NCBI GenBank assembly: GCA_900617105.1
Contig: UYFQ01000001.1
Span: 2,728,001-2,792,000, forward strand
Reading direction: 5' to 3'
Length of the DNA: 64,000 bases
From: Hydrurus foetidus
Taxonomy: Eukaryota
Below are positions 8,637-16,667 of the stretch, piece by piece (positions within the stretch are counted from its first letter, which is position 1; the number at the start of each line of letters is the position of its first letter). A model generated the notes under the pieces. It saw only the letters and a program-made list of their open reading frames with translations. It did no database searches and was not told where the DNA came from. The position numbers and the translations under genes were made by a program.

Positions 8637-11180
8637 TCTGTAGAAATCTGCCTGAACCGTTTCGACGTCAACGGCCAGCTAGGAGCGATCACCGACTCCA
8701 CCGACGCCGCCAAGAACCGCACCTTCGTCAACGACGCAGCAGGCCGGGCTCTCTTCGTTAACCAAAACGGCCAGGTCCAAAGGCAGCTGATCGTCGCCGG
8801 TGAGGTGCTCGGGCGGGTCGGCATAGAAGCCAGCGGCGCGGCCGTGGCCGACTTCAACTTTGGCTACCGGCCCATTGACGGGCGCTACCCCACTGCCAGC
8901 CCAGGCGTGTATGTGGTGGGCGCGGGTGACACGCTCGAGTCCATTGCCCGCAGCGCCTATGGCGACAGCGCCCTGTGGTACCGCCTGGCCGAGGCCAACG
9001 GCCTGAGCAGCAACAACGACCTCAAAGTCGGCCAGAGCTTGAGCATCCCCAACCGGGTGGGCACCGAAAGCAACAACGCCTCGAGCTTCAAGCCTTACGA
9101 TCCGAGCGCAATTACTGGCAGCACCACGCCGGATGTACCGGTACCCCAGCCCCAGGGCGAGGACGATGACTGCGGCGGGGTTGGGCCATTCATTGTGGTC
9201 ATTGTGGCGGCGGCAGTGGTTTACTTCACAGCTGGGGCCGCGTTGGGCGCAATTGGCACTACAACAGCAGCGACTGGCGGCCTGACAGGCGCAACAGCCG
9301 TGTCTGCGGTAGGAGCTGGAACCGCCAGCTGGACGGCAGGCTCGCTCATCGCCGCCGGTGCCATTGGCGGCGCAGCAGGCTCCATTGCTGGTCAAATTGT
9401 CGGCAACGCGCTGGGCATTCAAAATGGCTTTAGCTGGAAGCAAGTAGCCTTGAGCGCCATTGCTGGGGGCATTGGCGCGGGCATCAGCGGGGCAGGCGTA
9501 GCAGGCCGGGGCATCACTTTCGTTGAAAACGAGATCGGCAACCGCATCATCCAGGGCGCTATCGGCAACGCCCTGACCCAAGGCATTGGCGTAGTCACAG
9601 GCTTGCAAGAGCATTTCAGCTGGCGCGCGGTAGCTGCCAGTGCTGCTGGCGCAGGGGTGGGCGCAGCGGTGGGCTCGGCTCTGGGTGGGGTGAAATTTGG
9701 CTTTAACGACTTCGGCAACCAGCTGGTTCGGGGCACCTTAACCGGGCTTGCTGCCGGCACAACTGCAGCGGTCATGCGCGGTGGGCGCATCAGCGTGCAG
9801 CAAGTGGCCACTGATGCGTTTGGCAATGCGCTGGGCTCCAGTCTGGCCGGTGGCAGCTTTAATGGGGCCAGTCAGAACGAAGCCGTGCTTCACGGCGCGG
9901 GGCCTTGGTCTGAGCGGGACTATGTCAATGGTTTGGACTTGCAGAGTGATCGCTATCACGCTCCCGTCAGTAATGCGGCGCTGCAAGGAGACAACGCGAT
10001 GTGGGATGACGCGGCGCCAACGTCTATGGCAGAGCGCTACGCGCAGACTTACGGCGGGCAGGCCTACGATGCGGCAGATAAATTTAGCATGAGTAACGTG
10101 CGCGGCAGATTAAGTAGTGACGACAACATCATCAACGCGGTACAGATGCGCGAGCTTAATCAGATGCAGCGCAACATAGCTGAGCTGAACGCGCTGTCGG
10201 CTCAAATGAGTACAGATCGGCAACTCGGCAATATCGAGGAATTAGGCAAGGCGTATGGCGCTGCAGGCTATGGCGCAGGCGATCCTTATGCGCTGCCCGC
10301 AGGCATAGCCCCAAGTGCAGACCGTTGGATACCAGGCGGGCCCTTACCGCAAGATGGAGGCACAGTAGTTGGCAAGCGCATGAGCCAAGCCGAGATGGAT
10401 GCGTTTGACCGCCAAAGCGGCAGCTACAACGCAGGCAGTGGACTCAAACTGCCTGGCACTAGCGGGATGGACGACTTCGGGCGAGGATGGTCAAGCCGGG
10501 GCAGCGACTGGAGCGCGCTAGAAGGTGACAAACCCCTGTCCTACTCGCTGGGCAGTGGGATGCGTACCAGCCTGGGTCTGGTGTACGACGGCCTAACAGG
10601 TGCAGAATCGTTCAATCAAGCGGGGCAAGCTTGGCGAGCCGGAAACTACGGCACGGCGGCGCTGCATGGCATGCAGGGTGTAGGCACAGCAGGCTTGACG
10701 GCAATGACGCTGGGGGACTATGCGCTGGCTAAGGCTGCTGTGACTGGGATGGCGGGTAACACTGGGTTGCGGGTTACGGAGGAGGAGGCATTTAGCACTC
10801 TCGTGCCTGGAGGTGGTCTTGCTGCTCATGAAGCTGCCGGCGGGCATCTTTTGTTAAAGCATGTTGGGCAAACTGAGCCGCAGTTACTCAATAGATTGAT
10901 GGTTGAGCCAAACATCTCCGGGGCATCATCGTTTTACAACAGAGCTACCGCTGAGTCTGCTGTGAGCCGGGCGCTTGATTCGAAGCAAGGAGAAATTGGT
11001 ACGTGGCTAGGTGGCAACAAGCCACAACTTAAAGTCGAGTATTCGCTCCAAGAAAATGTAGGGGTTACAGTTCAGCGAGGCGCGTCGCGTGCCACAGACG
11101 CAAGCAATCTAAGACTCTACCTCCTTCGAGATACCAACATGCCCAATGGCTATCGCATTCATACAGGATTTCCACAATGA
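8628..11180 (+). CDS. Orphan toxin cassette C3: RHS/YD tail + LysM + TM/Gly-rich region + bacterial RNase A-like (CdiA-CT type) tip
   Basis: 5' part near-identical to C1; tip GGLAAHEAAGGHLLLKHVG...ASSF...YRIHTGFP. Confidence 0.8.
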   Translation, partial: NHSSVEICLNRFDVNGQLGAITDSTDAAKNRTFVNDAAGRALFVNQNGQVQRQLIVAGEVLGRVGIEASGAAVADFNFGYRPIDGRYPTASPGVYVVGAGDTLESIARSAYGDSALWYRLAEANGLSSNNDLKVGQSLSIPNRVGTESNNASSFKPYDPSAITGSTTPDVPVPQPQGEDDDCGGVGPFIVVIVAAAVVYFTAGAALGAIGTTTAATGGLTGATAVSAVGAGTASWTAGSLIAAGAIGGAAGSIAGQIVGNALGIQNGFSWKQVALSAIAGGIGAGISGAGVAGRGITFVENEIGNRIIQGAIGNALTQGIGVVTGLQEHFSWRAVAASAAGAGVGAAVGSALGGVKFGFNDFGNQLVRGTLTGLAAGTTAAVMRGGRISVQQVATDAFGNALGSSLAGGSFNGASQNEAVLHGAGPWSERDYVNGLDLQSDRYHAPVSNAALQGDNAMWDDAAPTSMAERYAQTYGGQAYDAADKFSMSNVRGRLSSDDNIINAVQMRELNQMQRNIAELNALSAQMSTDRQLGNIEELGKAYGAAGYGAGDPYALPAGIAPSADRWIPGGPLPQDGGTVVGKRMSQAEMDAFDRQSGSYNAGSGLKLPGTSGMDDFGRGWSSRGSDWSALEGDKPLSYSLGSGMRTSLGLVYDGLTGAESFNQAGQAWRAGNYGTAALHGMQGVGTAGLTAMTLGDYALAKAAVTGMAGNTGLRVTEEEAFSTLVPGGGLAAHEAAGGHLLLKHVGQTEPQLLNRLMVEPNISGASSFYNRATAESAVSRALDSKQGEIGTWLGGNKPQLKVEYSLQENVGVTVQRGASRATDASNLRLYLLRDTNMPNGYRIHTGFPQ

Positions 11181-11461
11181 GATCGAATTTTCCTCACCTT
11201 GAAGAGCTGATAGGTGGATACTTCCATCAGGATTGGAAAACTTATGCTTCGACTGCCGCGGCGGTGTTAGAGAGATATCTCAATGAATGGCCAGCCGAAG
11301 ACATTCCGAAGGTGGCTAAGGAGTTGCTGGCTGTGTTAGCACAAAGCGATCAAGCCATTGATGCCACCATGAACCTAATGGAATGCGGTTACTGGCCTGC
11401 TGGGGATGGCATGAGCTATCGAGATTGGCTAACCCAAATGGCACGACGCTTAGCAAAATAG
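11177..11461 (+). CDS. CdiI-type immunity protein
   Basis: FPHLEELIGGYFHQDW motif; ATGA overlap with the toxin stop. Confidence 0.8.
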   Translation: MRSNFPHLEELIGGYFHQDWKTYASTAAAVLERYLNEWPAEDIPKVAKELLAVLAQSDQAIDATMNLMECGYWPAGDGMSYRDWLTQMARRLAK

Positions 11462-11627
11462 CGTGGTTATTGGGTCATCGTGCTCAATGGGGTCAAGTCT
11501 TTCAATCCGAGGTGCTTTCCACCGCCGGCTCATTCGTCAAGATGGCAAGTCGATATAAAAACCATAGTAAATTTGAAAAAGTAGCAACAAACCTGTCAGT
11601 GCCAGCCCTAAATTCGCTCAGATCCGC

Positions 11628-12269
11628 CTAAAAACCAATCGGCTTGCTTACCAACTTGCCGTTCGCCAGCTCAATCACGTTGGGTAGCTGCGCTTCGCGC
11701 AAGTGCTTGTCATGTAAATGCAGGCTGCCTGTTGCGCCTTGCATCAGGCTTTTGGCGGGGTTGTTGTCAGGGTGAATGATCAAAATGGTTTTGCCTCGCG
11801 CCGCGCTAAATTGCACTGGAGCCGTCAAATCAGAATCGTTCGTCAGCACCGCAGCCACTTCAAAGGCGTTGTTCCAGGCGTCATTGAGCAGATGGCTCCC
11901 TAAGTTGACATCGGAGCCTTTTTCTTCTGGTCGCCAAACTGAAACTGCTTCAATAAGTTGGCCATCTGCGTCGGCGATGGGTTCGACCAAGCGGTAGTTC
12001 ACCTTGGTGGTCAGGAATTGCCCCATCACAATTTGCAGCTTGGGCAGTGTGCCCAGTGCACGCAGGTAAGCTTGCTGGCGCAAAGGTTTGTGCGCATCAA
12101 ATTTACCGGTCACCTGCGCGGTGAAATACTTAACCGCAACAACATCATCGTCGGGAAACAGGCTCTCAAACAACGCCACCAAATTCAGCCAGCGATATGG
12201 CTGGTTACGTAGCCTGCGGTAGTAGAAATTAAACCCATCGACATAGGCAATGACTCGCCGCTTGGCCAT
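11628..12269 (-). CDS. NYN (LabA/DUF88, PIN-like) domain RNase
   Basis: YVDGFNFYY, EEKGSDVNLG and TNDSDL acidic motifs; ATG at 12269. Confidence 0.9.
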   Translation of the reverse strand: MAKRRVIAYVDGFNFYYRRLRNQPYRWLNLVALFESLFPDDDVVAVKYFTAQVTGKFDAHKPLRQQAYLRALGTLPKLQIVMGQFLTTKVNYRLVEPIADADGQLIEAVSVWRPEEKGSDVNLGSHLLNDAWNNAFEVAAVLTNDSDLTAPVQFSAARGKTILIIHPDNNPAKSLMQGATGSLHLHDKHLREAQLPNVIELANGKLVSKPIGF

Positions 12270-12291
12270 GATGACGAACCCAGGAAAGGCA

Positions 12292-12345
12292 AGAGCCGCA
12301 CTAGGCGGCTCTCGAACCCTGTGACGAAGCAGCAGGGGGTGTAAT
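12292..12345 (-). ncRNA. Candidate structured leader RNA upstream of the NYN gene (two hairpins)
   Basis: CCCTG/CAGGG stem (12317-12337) and AGAGCCGC/GCGGCTCT stem (12292-12312) between promoter and ATG. Confidence 0.45.
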
Positions 12346-12349
12346 CTGT

Positions 12350-12379
12350 ATTTTAGTTCATTCATTTGCTTAAGTGCAA
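12350..12379 (-). promoter_or_regulatory. Sigma70-like promoter for the NYN leader
   Basis: TTGCAC-N18-TAAAAT on the minus strand. Confidence 0.55.
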
Positions 12380-12452
12380 ATGTGGCAACGATGCGACTAG
12401 AACCAGGTTTTGCGCGGTAGCATCTTCAACCCAACTTTCAAGCATCAAATCA

Positions 12453-12500
12453 AGCTACAGCCCAATCAATACCGGCGCAAGCAGCTACTAAAACCATAGT
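12453..12500 (+). repeat. R1 copy
   Basis: AGCCCAATCAATACCGGCGCAAGCAGCTACTAAAACCATAGT. Confidence 0.85.
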
Positions 12501-12510
12501 CATATTGATA

Positions 12511-12739
12511 CCCGCCTGAACCGTTTTGTCGTCAACGGCCAGCTAGCCGCGATCACCGACTCCACCGACACCTCCAAGAACCGCACCTTCGTCAACGACG
12601 CAGCAGGCCGTGCCCTCTTCGTTAACCAAAACGGCCAGGTCCAAAGGCAGCTGATCGTCGCCGGCGAGGTGCTCGGGCGGGTCGGCTTTGAAGCTACCGG
12701 CGCAGCCGTGGCCGACTTCAACTTTGGCTACCGGCCCAT
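12511..12739 (+). pseudogene. Cassette stub S1 (RHS/YD tail only)
   Basis: About 230 bp copy of 4432-4658, cut before the LysM domain where the PIN gene ends. Confidence 0.85.
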
Positions 12740-12753
12740 CCGACGATCTGTCG

Positions 12754-13176
12754 CTAAGGCGAATACATCAACCGCTGCAGCGCCATCGCAGGGCTCAAAA
12801 TCGCAATCGCTCCAAAACTGACCAGCGAGAGCAAATCCTCGTCACCCGAGATAATCAGGTCAGCTTGCGCAGCAATGGCCAACGCCAGCAATGCATCATC
12901 ATCGCGGTCGCGACAAACAGGCGTGGCAAGCGGCGGCGGATCAATAACTTCGGCCAGCATGCGCACTTGCAACAGCATCTGCTCGCGCGAAGAATTTGAC
13001 CGATCAATGATCGCGTCAAACTTAGGCCGCGCCAGCACTTCAGCCAATTCAGCTAGCAGCTCTGGGCTACTGATGAAGGTCAACTCACCGCTGCGCACAT
13101 GCTCCAGCAGCGCATTAGGTGGGCCGCGCCAGAGCAAGCCCGCCAGCAATACGTTTGTGTCTAAAACCGCACGCAC
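12754..13176 (-). CDS. PIN family (VapC-like) toxin
   Basis: VLDTNVL...CRDRDDD...ISGDEDLL motifs. Confidence 0.9.
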   Translation of the reverse strand: MRAVLDTNVLLAGLLWRGPPNALLEHVRSGELTFISSPELLAELAEVLARPKFDAIIDRSNSSREQMLLQVRMLAEVIDPPPLATPVCRDRDDDALLALAIAAQADLIISGDEDLLSLVSFGAIAILSPAMALQRLMYSP

Positions 13177-13228
13177 CCGCTGGCGATACTTTAGTCGCCG
13201 TGACTGCTCTGCAAGACTTTAGCTGGGC

Positions 13229-13474
13229 TCAATGCTGCGCACCGCGCAAGCGGTCTGCACGCGCAGCTTTGACCTCGGCGTTGATCTCTTGCATCGACAC
13301 GGGTGCAATGCCCGCATCAGCGACTCGCCCGGCTACCGCTAGAAGGGAGTCAGCAGCCTCACGCTTGCGAAGCGCCTGCGTCAGCAACCTATCCAGAGCT
13401 TGTGGGGTGAGCAAACCCGCTGCGCGAGCAGCTGAGGCAGTGCCATCGGGCAATTCAATTTGAAGCGTGGTCAT
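13229..13474 (-). CDS. Putative antitoxin for the PIN toxin
   Basis: 81 aa, MTTLQIELPD...MQEINAEVKAAR; immediately upstream of the PIN gene. Confidence 0.7.
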   Translation of the reverse strand: MTTLQIELPDGTASAARAAGLLTPQALDRLLTQALRKREAADSLLAVAGRVADAGIAPVSMQEINAEVKAARADRLRGAQH

Positions 13475-13711
13475 GCGGCACTTTCCTAATGTGGTTTGCG
13501 AATATATCGATCTGATTTTACGCTTCGTGTTTAAAAATGTGAGTGAAGAACTTAGGGCGAAGAATTTAGGGCCAGGTTTTGCAACCAAGCAAATCTGTGC
13601 CGCGAAAATTGAGCTGGTGCAGGCTCACCACGATCAAAAAGCCGCCGTTTAGCAGAAGTCGACCCCCAGGCTCGATTATTTCACTCAACCCGACTTTTAA
13701 GCATAAAATCA

Positions 13712-13759
13712 AGCTACAGCGCAATCAATACGGGCGCAAGCAGCTACTAAAACCATAGT
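13712..13759 (+). repeat. R1 copy
   Basis: AGCGCAATCAATACGGGCGCAAGCAGCTACTAAAACCATAGT. Confidence 0.85.
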
Positions 13760-13782
13760 GACGTAGATTCCTGCCCGTGCCC

Positions 13783-14258
13783 TTTCGACATCAACGGCCA
13801 GCTAGCCGCGATCACCGACTCCACCGACGCCGCCAAGAACCGCACCTTCGTCAACGACGCAGCAGGCCGTGCCCTCTTCGTTAACCAAAACGGCCAAGTC
13901 CAAAGGCAGCTGATCGTTGCCGGTGAGGTGCTCGGGCGGGTCGGCTTTGAAGCTACCGGCGCGGCCGTGGCCGACTTCAACTTTGGCTACCGGCCCATTG
14001 ACGGGCGCTACCCCACTGCCAGCCCAGGCGTGTATGTGGTGGGTGCGGGTGACACGCTCGAGTCCATTGCCCGCAGCGCCTATGGCGACAGCGCCCTGTG
14101 GTACCGCCTGGCCGAGGCCAACGGCCTGAGCAGCAACAACGACCTCAAAGTCGGCCAGAGCCTAACCATCCCCAACCGGGTGGGCACCGAAAGCAACAAC
14201 GCCTCGAGCTTCAAGCCTTACGATCCAAGCGCAATTACTGGCAGTACGACACCGGATG
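13783..14258 (+). pseudogene. Cassette stub S2 (RHS/YD tail + LysM, no toxin)
   Basis: Copy of 4442-4917; homology ends at YDPSAITGSTTPD. Confidence 0.85.
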
Positions 14259-14321
14259 GGAACAATCGAGGTCAAACTCCCATTAATTTCAACCCAAAAC
14301 TGCGAAAATATAATATTAAAA

Positions 14322-14370
14322 GCCATCTAGCCCAATCAATACGGGCGCGAGCAGCTATTAACAAAATAGC
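14322..14370 (+). repeat. R1 copy
   Basis: AGCCCAATCAATACGGGCGCGAGCAGCTATTAACAAAATAGC. Confidence 0.85.
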
Positions 14371-14447
14371 ATTACTGGAGGCCTACTTCTGCGCAGTGGC
14401 ACATTGGTTCTCCACCGCAGGGGCGCTCTGGCGACTAAACTCTGCGC

Positions 14448-14870
14448 ATGCTCTGGGTTAAATCATTTCACATCGTTTTTGTGGCCAGCTGGTTTGCGGG
14501 CCTGTTTTACTTGCCCCGGATTTTCGTGAATCTGGCCATGGTGCCCGCAGGCAGCATCGCCGAGCGCGAGCGCCTGCTGCTGATGTCGCGCAAGCTGCTG
14601 CGGTTCACGCAAATTTTGTCAGTGCCAGCAGTGGGTTTGGGTGTGTGGCTGTGGCTCGCCTACGGCATAGGCCAAGGCAGCGGCTGGATGCACGCCAAGC
14701 TGGCCGTGGTGGTGCTGGCCATCGGCTACCAACACCTGTGCGGCCGCATTCACCGCCAGTTTGTCGCTAACCGAAACGCTAAAAGCCACGTGTGGTTCAG
14801 ATGGTTTAACGAAGCCCCTGTGCTGATGCTGGTAGCCGCCGTGGTGCTGGTGATCGTCAAGCCGTTTTAA
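14448..14870 (+). CDS. hemJ: Protoporphyrinogen oxidase HemJ
   Basis: WVKSFHIVFVASWFAGLFYLPR, WMHAKL and FNEAP motifs. Confidence 0.9.
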   Translation: MLWVKSFHIVFVASWFAGLFYLPRIFVNLAMVPAGSIAERERLLLMSRKLLRFTQILSVPAVGLGVWLWLAYGIGQGSGWMHAKLAVVVLAIGYQHLCGRIHRQFVANRNAKSHVWFRWFNEAPVLMLVAAVVLVIVKPF

Positions 14871-14885
14871 CGCTCGGTTCCGAAC

Positions 14886-16151
14886 ATGGCCGTGACCCCG
14901 AATTCCCCGAATTCCTCCGCTCCCCCGAATTCCTCGACGGCCCCGAACAACCAAGCGGACGCGGTTGAACCGGCTTTGCCGGGCAACTCGCGTCGTCCCC
15001 AGCAGGGGGAAAAGGAATTACACGAAGCGCAGCGAAGTGAAGACGATAGGGGGTCGCCCAGTCTGTCTTGGCCGCTGGCCCTGGCCACCCTCTGCGTGAT
15101 TGTTTACGCCAGCCTGTACCCCTTTACCGACTGGCGAAATCAGGGCATCTCGCCTTTTGGCTACTTGACCGAGCCGCTGCCCAGGTACTGGACCTGGTTT
15201 GACATTGGCGCCAATGTGCTGGGCTACGCGCCGCTGGGCTTTTTGCTGGCGCTGTCCAGCATGCGCAGCGCGCGCAAGTTATGGCCTATCGGGGTAGCCG
15301 TGCTGGGGGCGGCAGCGCTATCGCTGGCAATGGAAACGCTGCAAACCTATTTGCCATCGCGCATTCCGTCTAACCTTGATTTGGCGTTGAATGCGGGCGG
15401 CGCGTTGCTTGGGGCGTGCGGTGCCTGGCTGCTGCAAAAACTCGGCGTGATGGCGCGGTGGAGCGCTTTTCGGCAACGCTGGTTTTCACGCGATGCGCGC
15501 GGCGCGCTGGCGCTGTTGGTGCTGTGGCCGGTGGCGCTGCTGTTCCCGGCGTCGGTGCCAATGGGGCTGGGCCAGGTGTTTGAGCGCCTGGAAGCCGCGC
15601 TGGCAGGCGTGCTTGAAGGCACGCCGTTTTTGGTGTGGCTGCCCGTGCGTGAAATTGAGCTGCAGCCGCTGGTGCCGGGTGCGGAGCTGCTGTGTGTGGC
15701 GCTTGGCGCGTTGATTCCGTGCCTGCTGGGCTATTGCGTCGTGCGCACCGCTATGCAGCGGGCGGTGTTTGCGGCTGGCATGCTGGCCGCCGGGCTGGCA
15801 ATGTCTGCGTTATCAGCTGCGCTCAGCTACGGGCCCGAGCACGCTTGGGCCTGGCTAGACGCCCCGGTGCGGGCCGGCATGGTGCTGGCTGCCGTGTTGT
15901 GCGTGGTGATGTTGCCGCTTCGCCGCCGCGGCGCCGCAGCGTTTGCGCTGTTGGCCCTTAGCGCACAACTTGCCTTGCTGAACCAGGCACCAGCAAGCGC
16001 CTACTTTGCCCAAACCCTGCAAACGTGGGAACAAGGCCGATTTATTCGTTTTCATGGCGTGGCCCAGTGGCTGGGCTGGCTGTGGCCGTATGCAGCGCTG
16101 GCGTACTTGTTGGCAAGGTTATCAAGCAGTGACAAAGCCGCGCAGCCGTGA
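14886..16151 (+). CDS. VanZ family membrane protein (start uncertain)
   Basis: YASLYPF...DIGANVLGYAPLG...ETLQTYLPSRIPSNLDLALN. Confidence 0.8.
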   Translation: MAVTPNSPNSSAPPNSSTAPNNQADAVEPALPGNSRRPQQGEKELHEAQRSEDDRGSPSLSWPLALATLCVIVYASLYPFTDWRNQGISPFGYLTEPLPRYWTWFDIGANVLGYAPLGFLLALSSMRSARKLWPIGVAVLGAAALSLAMETLQTYLPSRIPSNLDLALNAGGALLGACGAWLLQKLGVMARWSAFRQRWFSRDARGALALLVLWPVALLFPASVPMGLGQVFERLEAALAGVLEGTPFLVWLPVREIELQPLVPGAELLCVALGALIPCLLGYCVVRTAMQRAVFAAGMLAAGLAMSALSAALSYGPEHAWAWLDAPVRAGMVLAAVLCVVMLPLRRRGAAAFALLALSAQLALLNQAPASAYFAQTLQTWEQGRFIRFHGVAQWLGWLWPYAALAYLLARLSSSDKAAQP

Positions 16152-16167
16152 TCAGTAAAATCAGGCT

Positions 16168-16530
16168 ATGACCACACCCCCCACCCGCTCCGCCACAGCA
16201 GCTGATTCATATTACGAGCGGCACATTTTCTTTTGCCTGAACGAGCGTGAACCCGGCAAAGACGCCTGCGCCAAACACAACGCGCAAGCTGGTTTTGACC
16301 GCTGCAAATCACTGGTTAAAGCGGCGGGTTTGTCAGGCCCGGGCCAAGTCAGGGTGAACAAAGCCGGTTGCCTGGACCGCTGCGCTGCCGGGCCGGTAGC
16401 GGTGGTGTACCCCGAGGCGGTTTGGTACACCTATGTGGACGAGCACGACATTGACGAAATTGTGGAGTCGCACCTGAAAAACGGCCGAGTGGTGGAGCGT
16501 TTGGTCACGCCGGCCAACATCGGTAAATAG
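16168..16530 (+). CDS. Thioredoxin-like [2Fe-2S] ferredoxin
   Basis: HIFFCLN...C...KAGCLDRCAAGPVAVVYPEAVWY. Confidence 0.9.
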   Translation: MTTPPTRSATAADSYYERHIFFCLNEREPGKDACAKHNAQAGFDRCKSLVKAAGLSGPGQVRVNKAGCLDRCAAGPVAVVYPEAVWYTYVDEHDIDEIVESHLKNGRVVERLVTPANIGK

Positions 16531-16592
16531 GTGCTTAAAAAGTGCTGAAGGTCTTAAAAGTGCGGTTTTTGGCTGTTTTTCAGTGCATTTTA

Positions 16593-16641
16593 GGTCTGTA
16601 GCCCAATAAATACGGGCGCAAGCAGCTCCTTATTTAATAGC
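16593..16641 (+). repeat. R1 copy
   Basis: AGCCCAATAAATACGGGCGCAAGCAGCTCCTTATTTAATAGC. Confidence 0.85.
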
Positions 16642-16667
16642 AAATACAGCTCAACAAAACTCTTTTT

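Noticed and set aside
4371..14370. R1 copies as a CRISPR array or integron attC sites
   Set aside because: Spacing is irregular and kilobase-scale, there are no cas or intI genes, no RYYYAAC/GTTRRRY ends, and copies also occur throughout housekeeping regions.
14259..14461. C-terminal part of ORF 13928-14461 as a toxin tip
   Set aside because: Read-through across the junction motif and R1 into the hemJ start; no domain or immunity partner.
14896..14948. CCCCGAATTC short repeats at the VanZ 5' end
   Set aside because: Three or four degenerate units encoding low-complexity PNS peptide; no further structure, and the start codon is uncertain.
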